A DNA stretch of 64,000 nt, taken from contig CAWDZE010000015.1 in NCBI GenBank assembly GCA_963806705.1, forward strand, positions 141,127-205,126. Direction: 5' to 3'. A model generated the notes under the pieces. That model was not told the origin of the DNA and ran no database searches. It saw nothing but the letters and a program-made list of their open reading frames with translations. The DNA comes from Vicinamibacteria bacterium (lineage in GTDB: Bacteria; Acidobacteriota; Vicinamibacteria; Vicinamibacterales; JAENWD01). Each line of letters opens with the position of its first letter. Position 1 is the stretch's first letter. The position numbers and the translations under genes were made by a program. Positions 28,019 to 37,766 of this stretch are shown one piece after another.

Positions 28019-28031
28019 TCACTCACTCCGT

Positions 28032-28066
28032 AATCTGCAATCGTCAATCTGCAATCGTCAATCTCG
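28032..28066. repeat. 14-nt tandem repeat, 2.5 copies (AATCTGCAATCGTC)
   Basis: Identical copies at 28032..28045 and 28046..28059, plus a partial AATCTCG at 28060..28066. They fill the ffh-rpsP intergenic gap. Confidence 0.85.
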
Positions 28067-29419
28067 TTACCGCCGCCCGCGCAACATGCCGAGCATCCCG
28101 CCGCGCCGGCCACCGGCGCCCTGCATGGCGCCGAGTTGCTTGAGCATCTTCTTCATCTGCACGAACTGCTTCAGCAACCGGTTGACCTCTTCCACCGTCG
28201 TGCCACTGCCTCGCGCGATCCGCTTCCGGCGGCTGCCGTTGATCAGATCGTGCCGCCGGCGCTCGTCCGGCGTCATCGATCCGATGATGGCCTCCACGCG
28301 GTTCAGCTGCTTCTCGTCGGGCTTCTGATCGGCAAGCTGCTTCAGGTTGCCCATCCCCGGCAGCATCCCGAGAATCGACTCGAGCGGCCCCATCTTGCGA
28401 ATCGTCCGCAACTGCTCGCGGAAGTCCTCGAGCGTGAAGTCGTTCTGTCGAAGCTTCTGTTCGAGCTTCTTCGCGTCGGCGACGTCGATGGCCGCCTCGG
28501 CCTTCTCGATGAGCGACAGCACATCGCCCATCCCCAGAAGCCGCGACACCACGCGATCCGGGTGGAACGGCTCGAGATCCTCGAGCCGTTCGCCACTCCC
28601 GACAAACGCGATCGGCACGCCGACGACCGACACCACCGACAGCGCTGCACCACCACGCGCGTCGCCATCGAGCTTGGTGAGCACGACCCCGCTCACGCCG
28701 ATCCGGCGGTTGAACTCGCCCGCGCTCTTGATCGCGTCCTGCCCGGTCATCGCATCGGCGACATAGAGCAGGTCGACCGGCGAAGTCGCCGCCTTGATCC
28801 CCTCCAGCTCGCTCATCAACGCGTCGTCGATGTGCAGCCGGCCTGCGGTGTCGACGATCACGGCGTCGAAACCGAGGTTCTTCGCTTCGGTCAGCGCGCC
28901 TTTGGCGCGAACGACCGGGTCGAGCTCCCCCTCCGGGTCGTGCACGCGCAGGCCCGCCTGCTTGCCCAGCACGTTCAACTGCTGGATCGCCGCCGGCCGC
29001 CTCACGTCAGTGGACACCAGCATGACGTGGCGTCCCTGCCGGGTGAGCCACTTCCCGAGCTTGCCGCTGGTCGTCGTCTTGCCCGAGCCTTGCAGGCCGA
29101 GCACCATGATCACGCGCGGTCGCTGATCGGTCTGCTGGAGGCCGCCGGCGGCGTCGCCAAACAGCGCCAGCATCTCGTCGCGCACGATGCGGATGACCTG
29201 CTGGCCGGGCGTCAGGCTGCGCAGCACCTCCTGGTCGAGCGCCCGGTCCCGCACACGGTCCACGAAGGCCTTGACGACCTTGAAGTTGACGTCGGCCTCG
29301 AGCAGCGCCAGCCGTATCTCGCGAAGAGCCGTCTCGACGGTAGCCTCCGTGAGACGCCCTTCGCTCCGAATGGAGCGGAAGACGTCCTGCAGGCGGCCAC
29401 TGAGCGCGTCGAACATCAC
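28067..29419 (-). CDS. ffh: signal recognition particle protein Ffh
   Basis: MMFDALSGRLQDVFRSIRSEGRLTE..., GLQGSGKTTTSGKL, DTAGRL and a Met-rich M domain. Confidence 0.96.
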   Translation of the reverse strand: MMFDALSGRLQDVFRSIRSEGRLTEATVETALREIRLALLEADVNFKVVKAFVDRVRDRALDQEVLRSLTPGQQVIRIVRDEMLALFGDAAGGLQQTDQRPRVIMVLGLQGSGKTTTSGKLGKWLTRQGRHVMLVSTDVRRPAAIQQLNVLGKQAGLRVHDPEGELDPVVRAKGALTEAKNLGFDAVIVDTAGRLHIDDALMSELEGIKAATSPVDLLYVADAMTGQDAIKSAGEFNRRIGVSGVVLTKLDGDARGGAALSVVSVVGVPIAFVGSGERLEDLEPFHPDRVVSRLLGMGDVLSLIEKAEAAIDVADAKKLEQKLRQNDFTLEDFREQLRTIRKMGPLESILGMLPGMGNLKQLADQKPDEKQLNRVEAIIGSMTPDERRRHDLINGSRRKRIARGSGTTVEEVNRLLKQFVQMKKMLKQLGAMQGAGGRRGGMLGMLRGRR

Positions 29420-29544
29420 GATGTCATGGCGTCGGCGGCCTGGCGCGGATGGCCATCAGGCACACCCCACCCTCGGCCGCGCAAACCCTTATCCTATCAC
29501 AGGTTCAGGGGTTCTCTGGCGCGAGGGTTCACGCGGGCCGGCGC

Positions 29545-30828
29545 CTAGACCGACGAGAGCTTGTGCCCAAGCTTGTCCTTCTTGGTCTTCAGATACTTCC
29601 GCGAAAACTCGGTGGCGGGCAGGACTTCAAGCGGCACCGACTCGGAGACGGACAGGCCGTATCCCTGTAACCCAATGAATTTTCTAGGGTTATTTGTCAG
29701 GAGGCGCATGGTCCTGACGCCCAGCTCCCCCAGAATCTGTGCGCCGATCCCGTAGTCCCGCTGATCGGCCTTGAAGCCCAGGCGCTCGTTGGCTTCGACG
29801 GTGTCCAGCCCCTGGTCCTGCAGCTCGTAAGCCCGGATCTTGTTGGCCAGCCCGATCCCACGCCCTTCCTGGTTCAAGTACAGCAGGACGCCGCGGCCTT
29901 CGGCGGCGATGCGCTGCATGGCCGTATTCAGTTGCGGGCCGCAGTCGCAGCGCGCCGAGTGGAACACGTCACCGGTCAGGCACTTCGAATGGACACGGAC
30001 CATCACGTCCAGCCCGTCTCCCAGTTCGCCGCGGACCAGCGCGATGTGCGTTTCGCCGTCGAGGGGACTTTCGAACGCGACGACCTGAAAGTGGCCGAAA
30101 TCGGTCGGCAGGCGCGCCTCCGCCACCTTCTTCACCAGCCGCTCGGTGCGCATCCGGTAGTTGATCAGATCCGCGATCGTCACCAGCAGCAGGCCGTGGC
30201 GCCGTGCGAACTTTGTCAGTTCGGGCACCCGCGCCATCGTTCCGTCCTTGCTCATGATCTCGCAGATCACGCCGGACGGGTTGAGTCCCGCCAGGCGCGC
30301 CAGGTCGACCGCCGCCTCGGTGTGCCCCGAGCGGACGAGGACGCCACCTTGCCGGGCCCGGAGCGGAAACAAGTGGCCGGGGCGCAACAGATCCTGGGGT
30401 TGGGTATCCGGTGCGATCGCGGTCAGCACCGTTGCGGCGCGATCGGCCGCTGAGATGCCGGTGGTCGTCTTGCCGCGCGCGTCGATCGACACGCAGGCAG
30501 CCGTCTCCCGCAACGAAGAATTCACCGGCACTTCCAGGGGAATCTCCAGCGCGTCGAGCCGCTCCGGGGTCATCGCCAGGCACACCTGGCCCCGGCCATG
30601 GGTGACCATGAAGTTGATGGTTGCCGGCGTCACCCGCTCGGCCGCGATGGTCAGGTCGCCTTCGTTCTCGCGATCCTCGTCGTCGACGACGACGACCATC
30701 TTGCCGTCGCGAATAGCGGCGATGGCCACTTCGATCGGCGCAAACGGCGACGCCGTGCGATGGCCGGAGGCCAGGTGCAGGCGGTTGGCCGAGCGTGGCC
30801 GACGCTGCGAGCGCGCAGGTTTCTTCAT
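29545..30828 (-). CDS. ribBA: bifunctional 3,4-dihydroxy-2-butanone-4-phosphate synthase / GTP cyclohydrolase II
   Basis: DDEDRENEGDL and GHTEAAVDLARLAG (RibB half); HSKCLTGDVFHSARCDCG and EGRGIGL (RibA half). Start at ATG 30828 (MKKPARS...) forms an ATGA overlap with the ribE stop. Confidence 0.92.
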   Translation of the reverse strand: MKKPARSQRRPRSANRLHLASGHRTASPFAPIEVAIAAIRDGKMVVVVDDEDRENEGDLTIAAERVTPATINFMVTHGRGQVCLAMTPERLDALEIPLEVPVNSSLRETAACVSIDARGKTTTGISAADRAATVLTAIAPDTQPQDLLRPGHLFPLRARQGGVLVRSGHTEAAVDLARLAGLNPSGVICEIMSKDGTMARVPELTKFARRHGLLLVTIADLINYRMRTERLVKKVAEARLPTDFGHFQVVAFESPLDGETHIALVRGELGDGLDVMVRVHSKCLTGDVFHSARCDCGPQLNTAMQRIAAEGRGVLLYLNQEGRGIGLANKIRAYELQDQGLDTVEANERLGFKADQRDYGIGAQILGELGVRTMRLLTNNPRKFIGLQGYGLSVSESVPLEVLPATEFSRKYLKTKKDKLGHKLSSV

Positions 30829-31439
30829 TGTTGTTGCACCAGCGGGGGCGCCCAGGCCAGGCGAGACGCACGCGCGACGTATTTTCCGATCACGTCGCAC
30901 TCGAGGTTCACCACCGTGCCGGGACGCCACCCGAGCATCGTCGTATGCGTCGCAGTGTGAGGCACGATCTGGACGTCGAACTGGTCGTCGGTCAATCGCG
31001 CGACCGTGAGGCTGATGCCGTCGACAGCCACCGATCCCTTGAGCACGAAGCCTGCTGCCAGCCCGAGCGGATAGCTGACTGTCACCCACGTGAAGTCCGC
31101 CTCGGGCCGCACCTCGGTGATCGTTCCGACGCCGTCGACGTGCCCCAACACGAAGTGACCACCCAGCCGGGCATCGGCACGCACGGCCCGCTCGAGGTTC
31201 ACCGCCACGCCGGGCGCCAGCGTACCAAGCGTCGTGACGTGCTCGGTCTCGGGGCCGAGGTCGAATGCCGCCGCGTGGTCGTTGTGGTCCACCACCGTCA
31301 GGCACACGCCGTTGACGGCGACGCTCTCGCCGATGCTGAACTCCGCGCCAAGCGCCGTCGCCAGGACGAGCCGCGCGCCGCCAGGCATCTGCTCGAATGT
31401 GAGCACCTCGCCCACCGCCTCAATGAGGCCTGTGAACAT
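30825..31439 (-). CDS. ribE: riboflavin synthase
   Basis: MFTGLIEAVGEV...GESVAVNGVCLTVV...GSVAVDGISLTV is the duplicated lumazine-binding repeat. Confidence 0.93.
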   Translation of the reverse strand: MFTGLIEAVGEVLTFEQMPGGARLVLATALGAEFSIGESVAVNGVCLTVVDHNDHAAAFDLGPETEHVTTLGTLAPGVAVNLERAVRADARLGGHFVLGHVDGVGTITEVRPEADFTWVTVSYPLGLAAGFVLKGSVAVDGISLTVARLTDDQFDVQIVPHTATHTTMLGWRPGTVVNLECDVIGKYVARASRLAWAPPLVQQQ

Positions 31440-32499
31440 ACCCCCTCACCAGCACGTCGTCGCCAATCGGCTCGACTTGCAGGTCGTCGAGCGAGGCAAG
31501 CGACAGTCCCGACATCGGCGCAAACGGCAGCCCGTCGGGCAGGAACACGTCCTGTGCCACGAATACCTGCACTTCATCGATCATACCCGCATCCGCAAAG
31601 GCGGCATGGACCCGGGGGCCGCCCTCGACCAGCACCGACTGGACATGCTGCTCCCCCAGTGCCCGCAACGCCGAGGGCACCGAGCCATCGGTGGCCACCA
31701 GCGTGGCGCCGGCGTTTCTGAGGCGTTGGGCCTCCTCGGCGCGTGTTTCCAGGGCCTCTGCCGTGGTCAACACCACGACCGGGCCGGCGTCGAGCGTCGA
31801 CAGCAACCGTGCCGACGATGGAGTGCGAAGGCGCCTGTCGAGGATTGCCCGGGTCAGCGGCCGCGGCCTGAAGACCTCCCGCACGGTCAGCAGCGGATCG
31901 TCGACGAGCACCGTCTCGACGCCCACGGCAATCGCGTCGACCTCCGCGCGCAAGCGCTGAGCGCGTCGGAGCGAGGCGGTCGAGGTGATGAGCGTGCGGA
32001 CACCGGCGCCAGCGGCAACCCGTCCGTCCGCGCTGACGCCGGCTTTCGCGATCACCCACGGGCGCGAGTTCCTCATCAACATGAAGAACCCGGCGTTCAG
32101 GCGAGCCGAAGCCACGCCTTCCACATCGCACGTGACATCGATCCCGCTGGCTCGCAATTTCGCCAGCCCCTGCCCTGCCACCCGCGGGTTCGGGTCCTCG
32201 ATCGCCGCCACCACTCGTGAGATGCCGGCTGCGATGATCGCGTCTGTGCAGGGCGCCGTCCGGCCATGGTGGCAACACGGCTCGAGCGTGCACCACAGAG
32301 TTGCGCCGCGAGCCCGGCCTCCGGCGCCCGCGATCGCGTGAATCTCGGCGTGCGGTGTGCCGGCCTGCTGGTGCCAGCCGTCGCCGACAATGGTGCCGTC
32401 GGCAGCGACGATGGTCGCGCCGACCATCGGATTGGGACTCGTGCGCCCGCGGCCGCGCGCGGCCAACTGCAGCGCGCGCCGCATCAGCGCGTCTACCAC
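31420..32499 (-). CDS. ribD: bifunctional diaminohydroxyphosphoribosylaminopyrimidine deaminase / 5-amino-6-(5-phosphoribosylamino)uracil reductase
   Basis: TSPNPMVGATIV, HAEIHAI and TLEPCCHHGRTAPC form the deaminase zinc site; the C-terminal part is the reductase domain. The start is GTG 32499 (overlaps the ftsY stop) or ATG 32484. Confidence 0.92.
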   Translation of the reverse strand: MVDALMRRALQLAARGRGRTSPNPMVGATIVAADGTIVGDGWHQQAGTPHAEIHAIAGAGGRARGATLWCTLEPCCHHGRTAPCTDAIIAAGISRVVAAIEDPNPRVAGQGLAKLRASGIDVTCDVEGVASARLNAGFFMLMRNSRPWVIAKAGVSADGRVAAGAGVRTLITSTASLRRAQRLRAEVDAIAVGVETVLVDDPLLTVREVFRPRPLTRAILDRRLRTPSSARLLSTLDAGPVVVLTTAEALETRAEEAQRLRNAGATLVATDGSVPSALRALGEQHVQSVLVEGGPRVHAAFADAGMIDEVQVFVAQDVFLPDGLPFAPMSGLSLASLDDLQVEPIGDDVLVRGYVHRPH

Positions 32500-33437
32500 T
32501 TCTCCTCGAACAGCGCCGTGACGTACTCGTCAGGCGAGAACGGGATGAGATCGTCGATGCCTTCGCCCACGCCGACGAACCGGATGGGGAGCTTCAGATC
32601 GTGCGCGATCGCCACCGCCACACCGCCCTTGGCGGTCCCATCGAGCTTGGTGAGCACGACGCCGGTGACGCCGGCCACGGCGGTGAACTCGCGCGCCTGG
32701 GTGAGGCCGTTCTGGCCTACGGTCGCGTCGAGCACGATCAGCACCTCGTGAGGCGCACCGGGCACGGCGCGCGCGGCGACGCGCCGGATCTTGTCCAACT
32801 CCTGCATCAGGTTGGCGCGAGTATGCAGGCGGCCGGCGGTATCGACGAGCACCGGGCTGCGAGAACGCGCGCTGCCGGACGCGACCGCGTCGAAAACCAC
32901 AGCTGCCGGATCCGCGCCTTCTCTTGTGCGAATCATCTCGACGCCGGCACGGTCGGCCCAGATCTGCAGTTGATCGACGGCAGCCGCGCGAAAGGTGTCG
33001 GCAGCGCAGATGAGTGGCTGCTGCCCTTGCGATTTGGCGAGGCTGGCCAGCTTGCCCACGGTCGTCGTCTTGCCCGTGCCGTTGACGCCGACGACCAGCA
33101 CCACGTGCGGCGACCCCTGCGGAACCGTGCGATCGGCGTCGGCGAAGATCGCGCGGATCTCGGACTGCACCAGTTCGCGCAGACTCTCCCCGCGGCGCGC
33201 GCGGTTGCCCACGGCGGTGAGGATCCGCCCGGTCGCGGCCACGCCGACGTCTGCCGAAATCAGGAGTTCTTCCAGCGCATCGGAAGTGTCGACGTCGATC
33301 GGGCGGCTGCGCCGTTCAGGCGTGTCCGCCTGCCCCACCAGCACGTCGAACCGTCTGGCGATCTGTTCTGTGGTGCGTGTCAGTCCCGACTTGAGACGAT
33401 CGAAAAAGCCCATCCGATCGAGTCTATCACCCGGCAT
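32493..33437 (-). CDS. ftsY: signal recognition particle receptor FtsY
   Basis: [28 protein letters not shown] and [15 protein letters not shown] are SRP GTPase motifs. Confidence 0.95.
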   Translation of the reverse strand: MPGDRLDRMGFFDRLKSGLTRTTEQIARRFDVLVGQADTPERRSRPIDVDTSDALEELLISADVGVAATGRILTAVGNRARRGESLRELVQSEIRAIFADADRTVPQGSPHVVLVVGVNGTGKTTTVGKLASLAKSQGQQPLICAADTFRAAAVDQLQIWADRAGVEMIRTREGADPAAVVFDAVASGSARSRSPVLVDTAGRLHTRANLMQELDKIRRVAARAVPGAPHEVLIVLDATVGQNGLTQAREFTAVAGVTGVVLTKLDGTAKGGVAVAIAHDLKLPIRFVGVGEGIDDLIPFSPDEYVTALFEEKW

Positions 33438-34431
33438 CCACCTCGGCCCGCTGCGGCCGCAGCATCAGATCCTTGAGCGCGGTCCGTGCGTCCTTGCGGC
33501 CAGCCAGCACGTCCGCGATCTGCGCGGCGATGGGCAGCTCGACGCCGTGGCGAAGGCCCAGGTCGAGCGCCGCCTGCGTGGTGCGCACGCCTTCGGCGAC
33601 CATCTTCATCGTCCCGACAATCTCGTCGAGCCGCCGGCCCTGGGCCAGCTCGATCCCGACGTGACGATTGCGGCTGAGTGCTCCAGTACAGGTCAAGACG
33701 AGGTCGCCAAGGCCCGCAAGGCCAGCCAGCGTCTCTCGCTTGCCGCCAAGTGCCGAGGCCAGGCGCGTGATCTCGGCCAGACCGCGGGTGACAAGGGCGG
33801 CCTGGGCGTTGGGCCCCAGTCCCATGCCCTCCACCACTCCGGCCGCAATGGCGATCACATTCTTCAATGCGCCGCCGATCTCGACGCCGACGACGTCATC
33901 GCTGCCATACACGCGAAGGAAGCGCCCGCGAAACTCGTCCTGCACCAGCGCGACGGTTCGCGCGTCAGCGGCCGCCACCACGACCGCCGTGGGCATGCCC
34001 TTGGCCACTTCTGACGCGAAGCTCGGGCCGGATAGGACAGCCACCGGGCATGCGTCGCCGACGGCGTCTCCCAGCAGTTGCGACATGCGCAGCAACGTCC
34101 CCTCTTCGAGCCCCTTGGTCGTGCTGACGATCGTCGCGCCAGACGGCAGAGAGGGGCGGGCCGCGTCCATCACATGTCGGAGGCCGTGTGACGGCACCGC
34201 GACGATGATGAGCTCGGCGCCCTCGAGCGCGCGGCCGAGATCGCTTGTTGCGGTGACCGACGGCGGCAGTTCGATTCCAGGCAGGTACACCGCATTTTCC
34301 CGCCGCCGCTCGACTTCGGCCGCCAGTGCGGCATCGCGAGCCCACAGCCGTACGTGATGGCCGGCGAGCGCGAGATGCGCAGCGAGCGCCGAGCCGAAGC
34401 TGCCGGCGCCGAGGATCGTCACTCGCCTCAT
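33427..34431 (-). CDS. gpsA: NAD(P)H-dependent glycerol-3-phosphate dehydrogenase
   Basis: MRRVTILGAGSFGSALAAHLA..., EIGGALKNVIAIAAG. Start at ATG 34431 forms an ATGA overlap with the plsY stop. Confidence 0.92.
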   Translation of the reverse strand: MRRVTILGAGSFGSALAAHLALAGHHVRLWARDAALAAEVERRRENAVYLPGIELPPSVTATSDLGRALEGAELIIVAVPSHGLRHVMDAARPSLPSGATIVSTTKGLEEGTLLRMSQLLGDAVGDACPVAVLSGPSFASEVAKGMPTAVVVAAADARTVALVQDEFRGRFLRVYGSDDVVGVEIGGALKNVIAIAAGVVEGMGLGPNAQAALVTRGLAEITRLASALGGKRETLAGLAGLGDLVLTCTGALSRNRHVGIELAQGRRLDEIVGTMKMVAEGVRTTQAALDLGLRHGVELPIAAQIADVLAGRKDARTALKDLMLRPQRAEVDAG

Positions 34432-35021
34432 GATGTGACCCGCTGGCCGACCCGACGCTCCGACCCGTCGCGCAAGCGGCCGATATTGGACCGGTGCCGG
34501 AAGACGATCAGCGCGCCGACGGCCGCGGCCGTCGCCGTCACCACCGGCGAGGCGCCCGTTGCCCACGCCAGCGGACCGAGCGCCAGCGTCGCGAGGATGG
34601 AACCGAGTGAGATGTAGCGCGTGGTCCAGACAGTAACCACGAAGATGACGGCCGCCGGCCCGATCGCAAGTGGCGTCAGGACCGAGAACACGCCGGCCGC
34701 GGCGGCGACGCCCTTGCCGCCGCGAAAGCGCAGCCAGACGGGATAGACGTGGCCGACAACAGCGGCCAGGCCGGCCAGCGCGGGGCTCGATTCGCCCGTG
34801 GTCAGTCGCGCCACCCACAACACACTTGCGGCGCCTTTGGCCATGTCGAGCAGCAGGACGCAGACGGCGACGGCCACTCCACTGGTCCGGAGAACGTTGG
34901 CTGCTCCGACATTGCCGCTGCCGGCACGGCGAATGTCGATGCCGGTGGCCAGGCGGCCGACGAGCAGCGCGAATGGGATGGATCCGACGAGGTAGCCGAG
35001 CGACAGCGCGACAACCGGCAT
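34428..35021 (-). CDS. plsY: glycerol-3-phosphate acyltransferase PlsY
   Basis: MPVVALSLGYLVGSIPFALLVGRLATGIDIRRAGSGNVGAANVLR..FRGGKGVA. Start at ATG 35021. Confidence 0.92.
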   Translation of the reverse strand: MPVVALSLGYLVGSIPFALLVGRLATGIDIRRAGSGNVGAANVLRTSGVAVAVCVLLLDMAKGAASVLWVARLTTGESSPALAGLAAVVGHVYPVWLRFRGGKGVAAAAGVFSVLTPLAIGPAAVIFVVTVWTTRYISLGSILATLALGPLAWATGASPVVTATAAAVGALIVFRHRSNIGRLRDGSERRVGQRVTS

Positions 35022-35041
35022 GGCAGGCACTAGAGGGGATC

Positions 35042-36313
35042 CTACGGTACCTGACGGCCGGTCAGCAGCCGGCGCAGCATGTCGAGCGCGCCGTGCGCGG
35101 CCATCGCGCGAATGAGGTCGCGTCCCCCGAGCATCCGCCGTGTGCGAATCACCGCGCCGACTGGCGTATCGAGGGCAATGACCACCGTGCCCACCGGCTT
35201 GGCCTCGGTCCCCCCTGACGGCCCCGCGATCCCCGTGATGGCGATTCCCACTTCGGCGCCGGTGCGGGCCCGGATGCCGGCGGCCATGGCCTGCCCCACC
35301 GGCTCGCTGACGGCGCCGTGCGCCGCGATGAGCGCCGGATCGACGCCAAGTAAGGCGACTTTCGACTCGTTGCTGTAGGTGACGATCCCGCTGCTGACAT
35401 AGTCCGAGCTTCCGGGGATCTCCGTGAGACGGGACAGCAGCAACCCGCCGGTGCACGATTCTGCCGCGGCCACGTGCCAGCCGCGCTCGCGCAGCAGGTC
35501 GCCTGTCACCTGCTCGATGGCCTTTCCGGAGTCGCTATACACGTCGTCACCGAGCGCGGCGACCGCCTGTCGCACGGCCGGCTCGAGCACGGCGGCAGCC
35601 TCGGCCAGGGCGCGCGCACGTGCGGTGAGATGGAGATCGATCGCGCCGCGCGCGGCGAGTATGGTGACTTCGATCGCCGGAGCGCCCGCGGCCCAGGGCG
35701 CGTAGAAAGGCTGGACGGCCTCTTCGGTGTGCGATTCGCTGCGCCCGAAGATCCGCACGACGCGGGTGAACAACCCCTCGCCTGTCACGCGCGTCGACAG
35801 CCGCTCGCGAACCTCGCCCTCGAGCATCGGGCCAAGCTCGCGTGGCGGACCGGGCAGCAGCACCACCACCTGTTCGCCGTGCTCGATCCACAAACCCGGG
35901 GCCGTGCCATTGACGTTGGTCAGCACGACGCCGCCGTCGGGCACCATCGCCTGGCGTCGATTGATGCCGGGCATCGCGATGTTTCGCCGGGCGAAGCGTG
36001 CGCGGATGGCCTCGGTGATTGCCACGTCCTCGCGGAGTGGGCGCTCCAGTACGTCCGAGACGACTTCACGCGTGAGGTCGTCGTCGGTGGGCCCCAGCCC
36101 GCCGCAGAGCACGACAATATCTACTCTGGCCAGCGCGCCGCGGAAGACGGCGGCCAGGTCCGCGCGACGGTCGCCGACAATTGCCTTGGCGCGCACCTCC
36201 ACGCCAAGCTGGTTGAGCGTGTCGGTAATGGCGAGCGAGTTGGTGTCGATGCGCGTCGGCGTCAACAGTTCCGAGCCGACCGCGATGATCTCGGCCGACT
36301 GCAGCGCCCGCAT
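35042..36313 (-). CDS. cinA: competence/damage-inducible protein CinA (MoCF-like domain plus NMN amidohydrolase domain)
   Basis: AEIIAVGSELLTPTRIDTNS..., GGLGPTDDDLT, and the C-terminal AESCTGGLL...GTV CinA/PncC domain. Start at ATG 36313 shares one nt with the pgpA stop (TGATG). Confidence 0.88.
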   Translation of the reverse strand: MRALQSAEIIAVGSELLTPTRIDTNSLAITDTLNQLGVEVRAKAIVGDRRADLAAVFRGALARVDIVVLCGGLGPTDDDLTREVVSDVLERPLREDVAITEAIRARFARRNIAMPGINRRQAMVPDGGVVLTNVNGTAPGLWIEHGEQVVVLLPGPPRELGPMLEGEVRERLSTRVTGEGLFTRVVRIFGRSESHTEEAVQPFYAPWAAGAPAIEVTILAARGAIDLHLTARARALAEAAAVLEPAVRQAVAALGDDVYSDSGKAIEQVTGDLLRERGWHVAAAESCTGGLLLSRLTEIPGSSDYVSSGIVTYSNESKVALLGVDPALIAAHGAVSEPVGQAMAAGIRARTGAEVGIAITGIAGPSGGTEAKPVGTVVIALDTPVGAVIRTRRMLGGRDLIRAMAAHGALDMLRRLLTGRQVP

Positions 36314-36783
36314 CACGCCGTTCCGAGCGCCGGCAGCAACAACAGCGCGCCGCGCAACAGCAGGTTGCCGTAGATGGCCGCCATCAAGTCGTCGGACATC
36401 ATTCCGAGACCGCCATGCAGGCGTTCGAACCGGCTCGCGGGCCAGGGCTTGATGATGTCGAGCACACGGAACACCAGGAAGCCGATAACGGCCAGCGCCC
36501 AGGTCGCCGGAAGCGCCCATAACGTCACGAGCATGCCGACGACTTCATCGACCACGCCTGGCCCGGGGTCGGTGCCTCCGAAGTGGCGCTCCGCCATCGT
36601 GCCGCTCCAGACGCCAGCGGCAAACAGTGCGGCAATCATGGCGAGGTCGACGACTGGTGATGCGCCGAGCACGCGAAGCAGCGCGTACAACGCCAGGCCC
36701 GCAGCCGAGCCAACGGTGCCAGGCGCAATCGGGAAGTAGCCTACGTAACCAAAGGTGCAGACAAACAGGGCAAGACGCATCAT
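36313..36783 (-). CDS. pgpA: phosphatidylglycerophosphatase A
   Basis: FGYVGYFPIAPGTVGSAAG..DPGPGVVDEVVGML..FRVLDIIKPWP are PgpA family motifs. Confidence 0.88.
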   Translation of the reverse strand: MMRLALFVCTFGYVGYFPIAPGTVGSAAGLALYALLRVLGASPVVDLAMIAALFAAGVWSGTMAERHFGGTDPGPGVVDEVVGMLVTLWALPATWALAVIGFLVFRVLDIIKPWPASRFERLHGGLGMMSDDLMAAIYGNLLLRGALLLLPALGTA

Positions 36784-36815
36784 GGGCCGGACCGAATCGT
36801 CGGGGAGCCGCGCGA

Positions 36816-37766
36816 TCAGGCGGCCGAGACGCGTACGACGCGCGTGTCAGCCAGGCGATCTTCGATCGCACGCCCGCCGTCGCCCAGAAGGGCCGGAAGG
36901 AACCCCAGCCCAAGCGAGGCGACCGACGCCAGGCAGCCGAGTGCGCGCACAACCGACAGGCCCGCGGAGAGCGGCTCGTCGGCATGCCCGACCACCTTCA
37001 GGCCAAAGGCCATCTTGCCGATCGTCTGGCCGCCGGCGGCCGTGAACGCGGCCAGATAGCCGCCGTTGACCAGCAGGAAGAACGCCCCGAGCGGTATCGG
37101 CGGCAGCATGGCGATCTCGGCGGTCGTGAGCCCGCACATCCGCAGCGTGAAGTACACGACCACCAGATCGATGGCGCCCAGGATGGCGAGGTCCAGCGCA
37201 GCGGCCATCCCGCGACGAAGCGGTGGCGCCCCGCTCGTCTCAACCGCCATCGAGGGCAGCTGATGAGCCGGGACGGATGTGAGCGAGTCCGTGCCGTCGG
37301 GCAGCGGCAATTCCAGCGACCGCGGTTCAGGCGACTGGTGGCGAACTGGCCTGGTCCGCAGGCGTGCCGGGTCTGGTGTGGCGCGGCGGACGGCAAGCGG
37401 GCGCCGTGGCGCTGCACCAGGATCGACCAGTGGGGCCTCGCCATGTTCGTCGTCAAACAGGGGCAGGTCGGGAGCCGACGGGGTCTCGCCCAGCACGCGG
37501 TCGAGATTCTGCAGCACCTTGTCGATGTCCGGCTGCCGGGCAGCCGCTGGTGTTCCCGCGGGGCGCGCGCCGGCGACGGGCCTGGCCGCAGGCACGGTCG
37601 CGGCTGCGCGGATGTCGAGTTCCTTCAGCGCGCCCTCGGTCTCACCGTCGTGCAAACTCAACTCCGGCGTGGGCGGCGCCTGGTTTGCGAGGGCGAAATC
37701 GTACCCGCAGTTGCGGCAGCGATCGGAGGTCTCAAAACCGATGTAGCCGCAAGTTGGGCACTTCAT
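36816..37766 (-). CDS. RDD family membrane protein with N-terminal double-CxxC zinc ribbon
   Basis: MKCPTCGYIGFETSDRCRNCGYDF, then a long Pro/Ala-rich linker and a C-terminal RDD-type membrane domain (AALDLAILGAIDLVVVYF...GQTIGKMAFGLKVV). ATGA overlap with the upstream gene. Confidence 0.8.
   Translation of the reverse strand: MKCPTCGYIGFETSDRCRNCGYDFALANQAPPTPELSLHDGETEGALKELDIRAAATVPAARPVAGARPAGTPAAARQPDIDKVLQNLDRVLGETPSAPDLPLFDDEHGEAPLVDPGAAPRRPLAVRRATPDPARLRTRPVRHQSPEPRSLELPLPDGTDSLTSVPAHQLPSMAVETSGAPPLRRGMAAALDLAILGAIDLVVVYFTLRMCGLTTAEIAMLPPIPLGAFFLLVNGGYLAAFTAAGGQTIGKMAFGLKVVGHADEPLSAGLSVVRALGCLASVASLGLGFLPALLGDGGRAIEDRLADTRVVRVSAA

Noticed and set aside
28032-28066. The 14-nt tandem repeat as a CRISPR array or minisatellite locus.
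   Set aside because: There are only 2.5 directly abutting copies, no spacers, the unit is far shorter than CRISPR repeats, and no cas genes are in the window.
32480-32640. An expected FMN riboswitch upstream of ribD, and by analogy a TPP riboswitch upstream of thiE around 24371..24625.
   Set aside because: Both genes start inside or directly after the preceding coding sequence. No non-coding space and no conserved riboswitch core sequence is visible.
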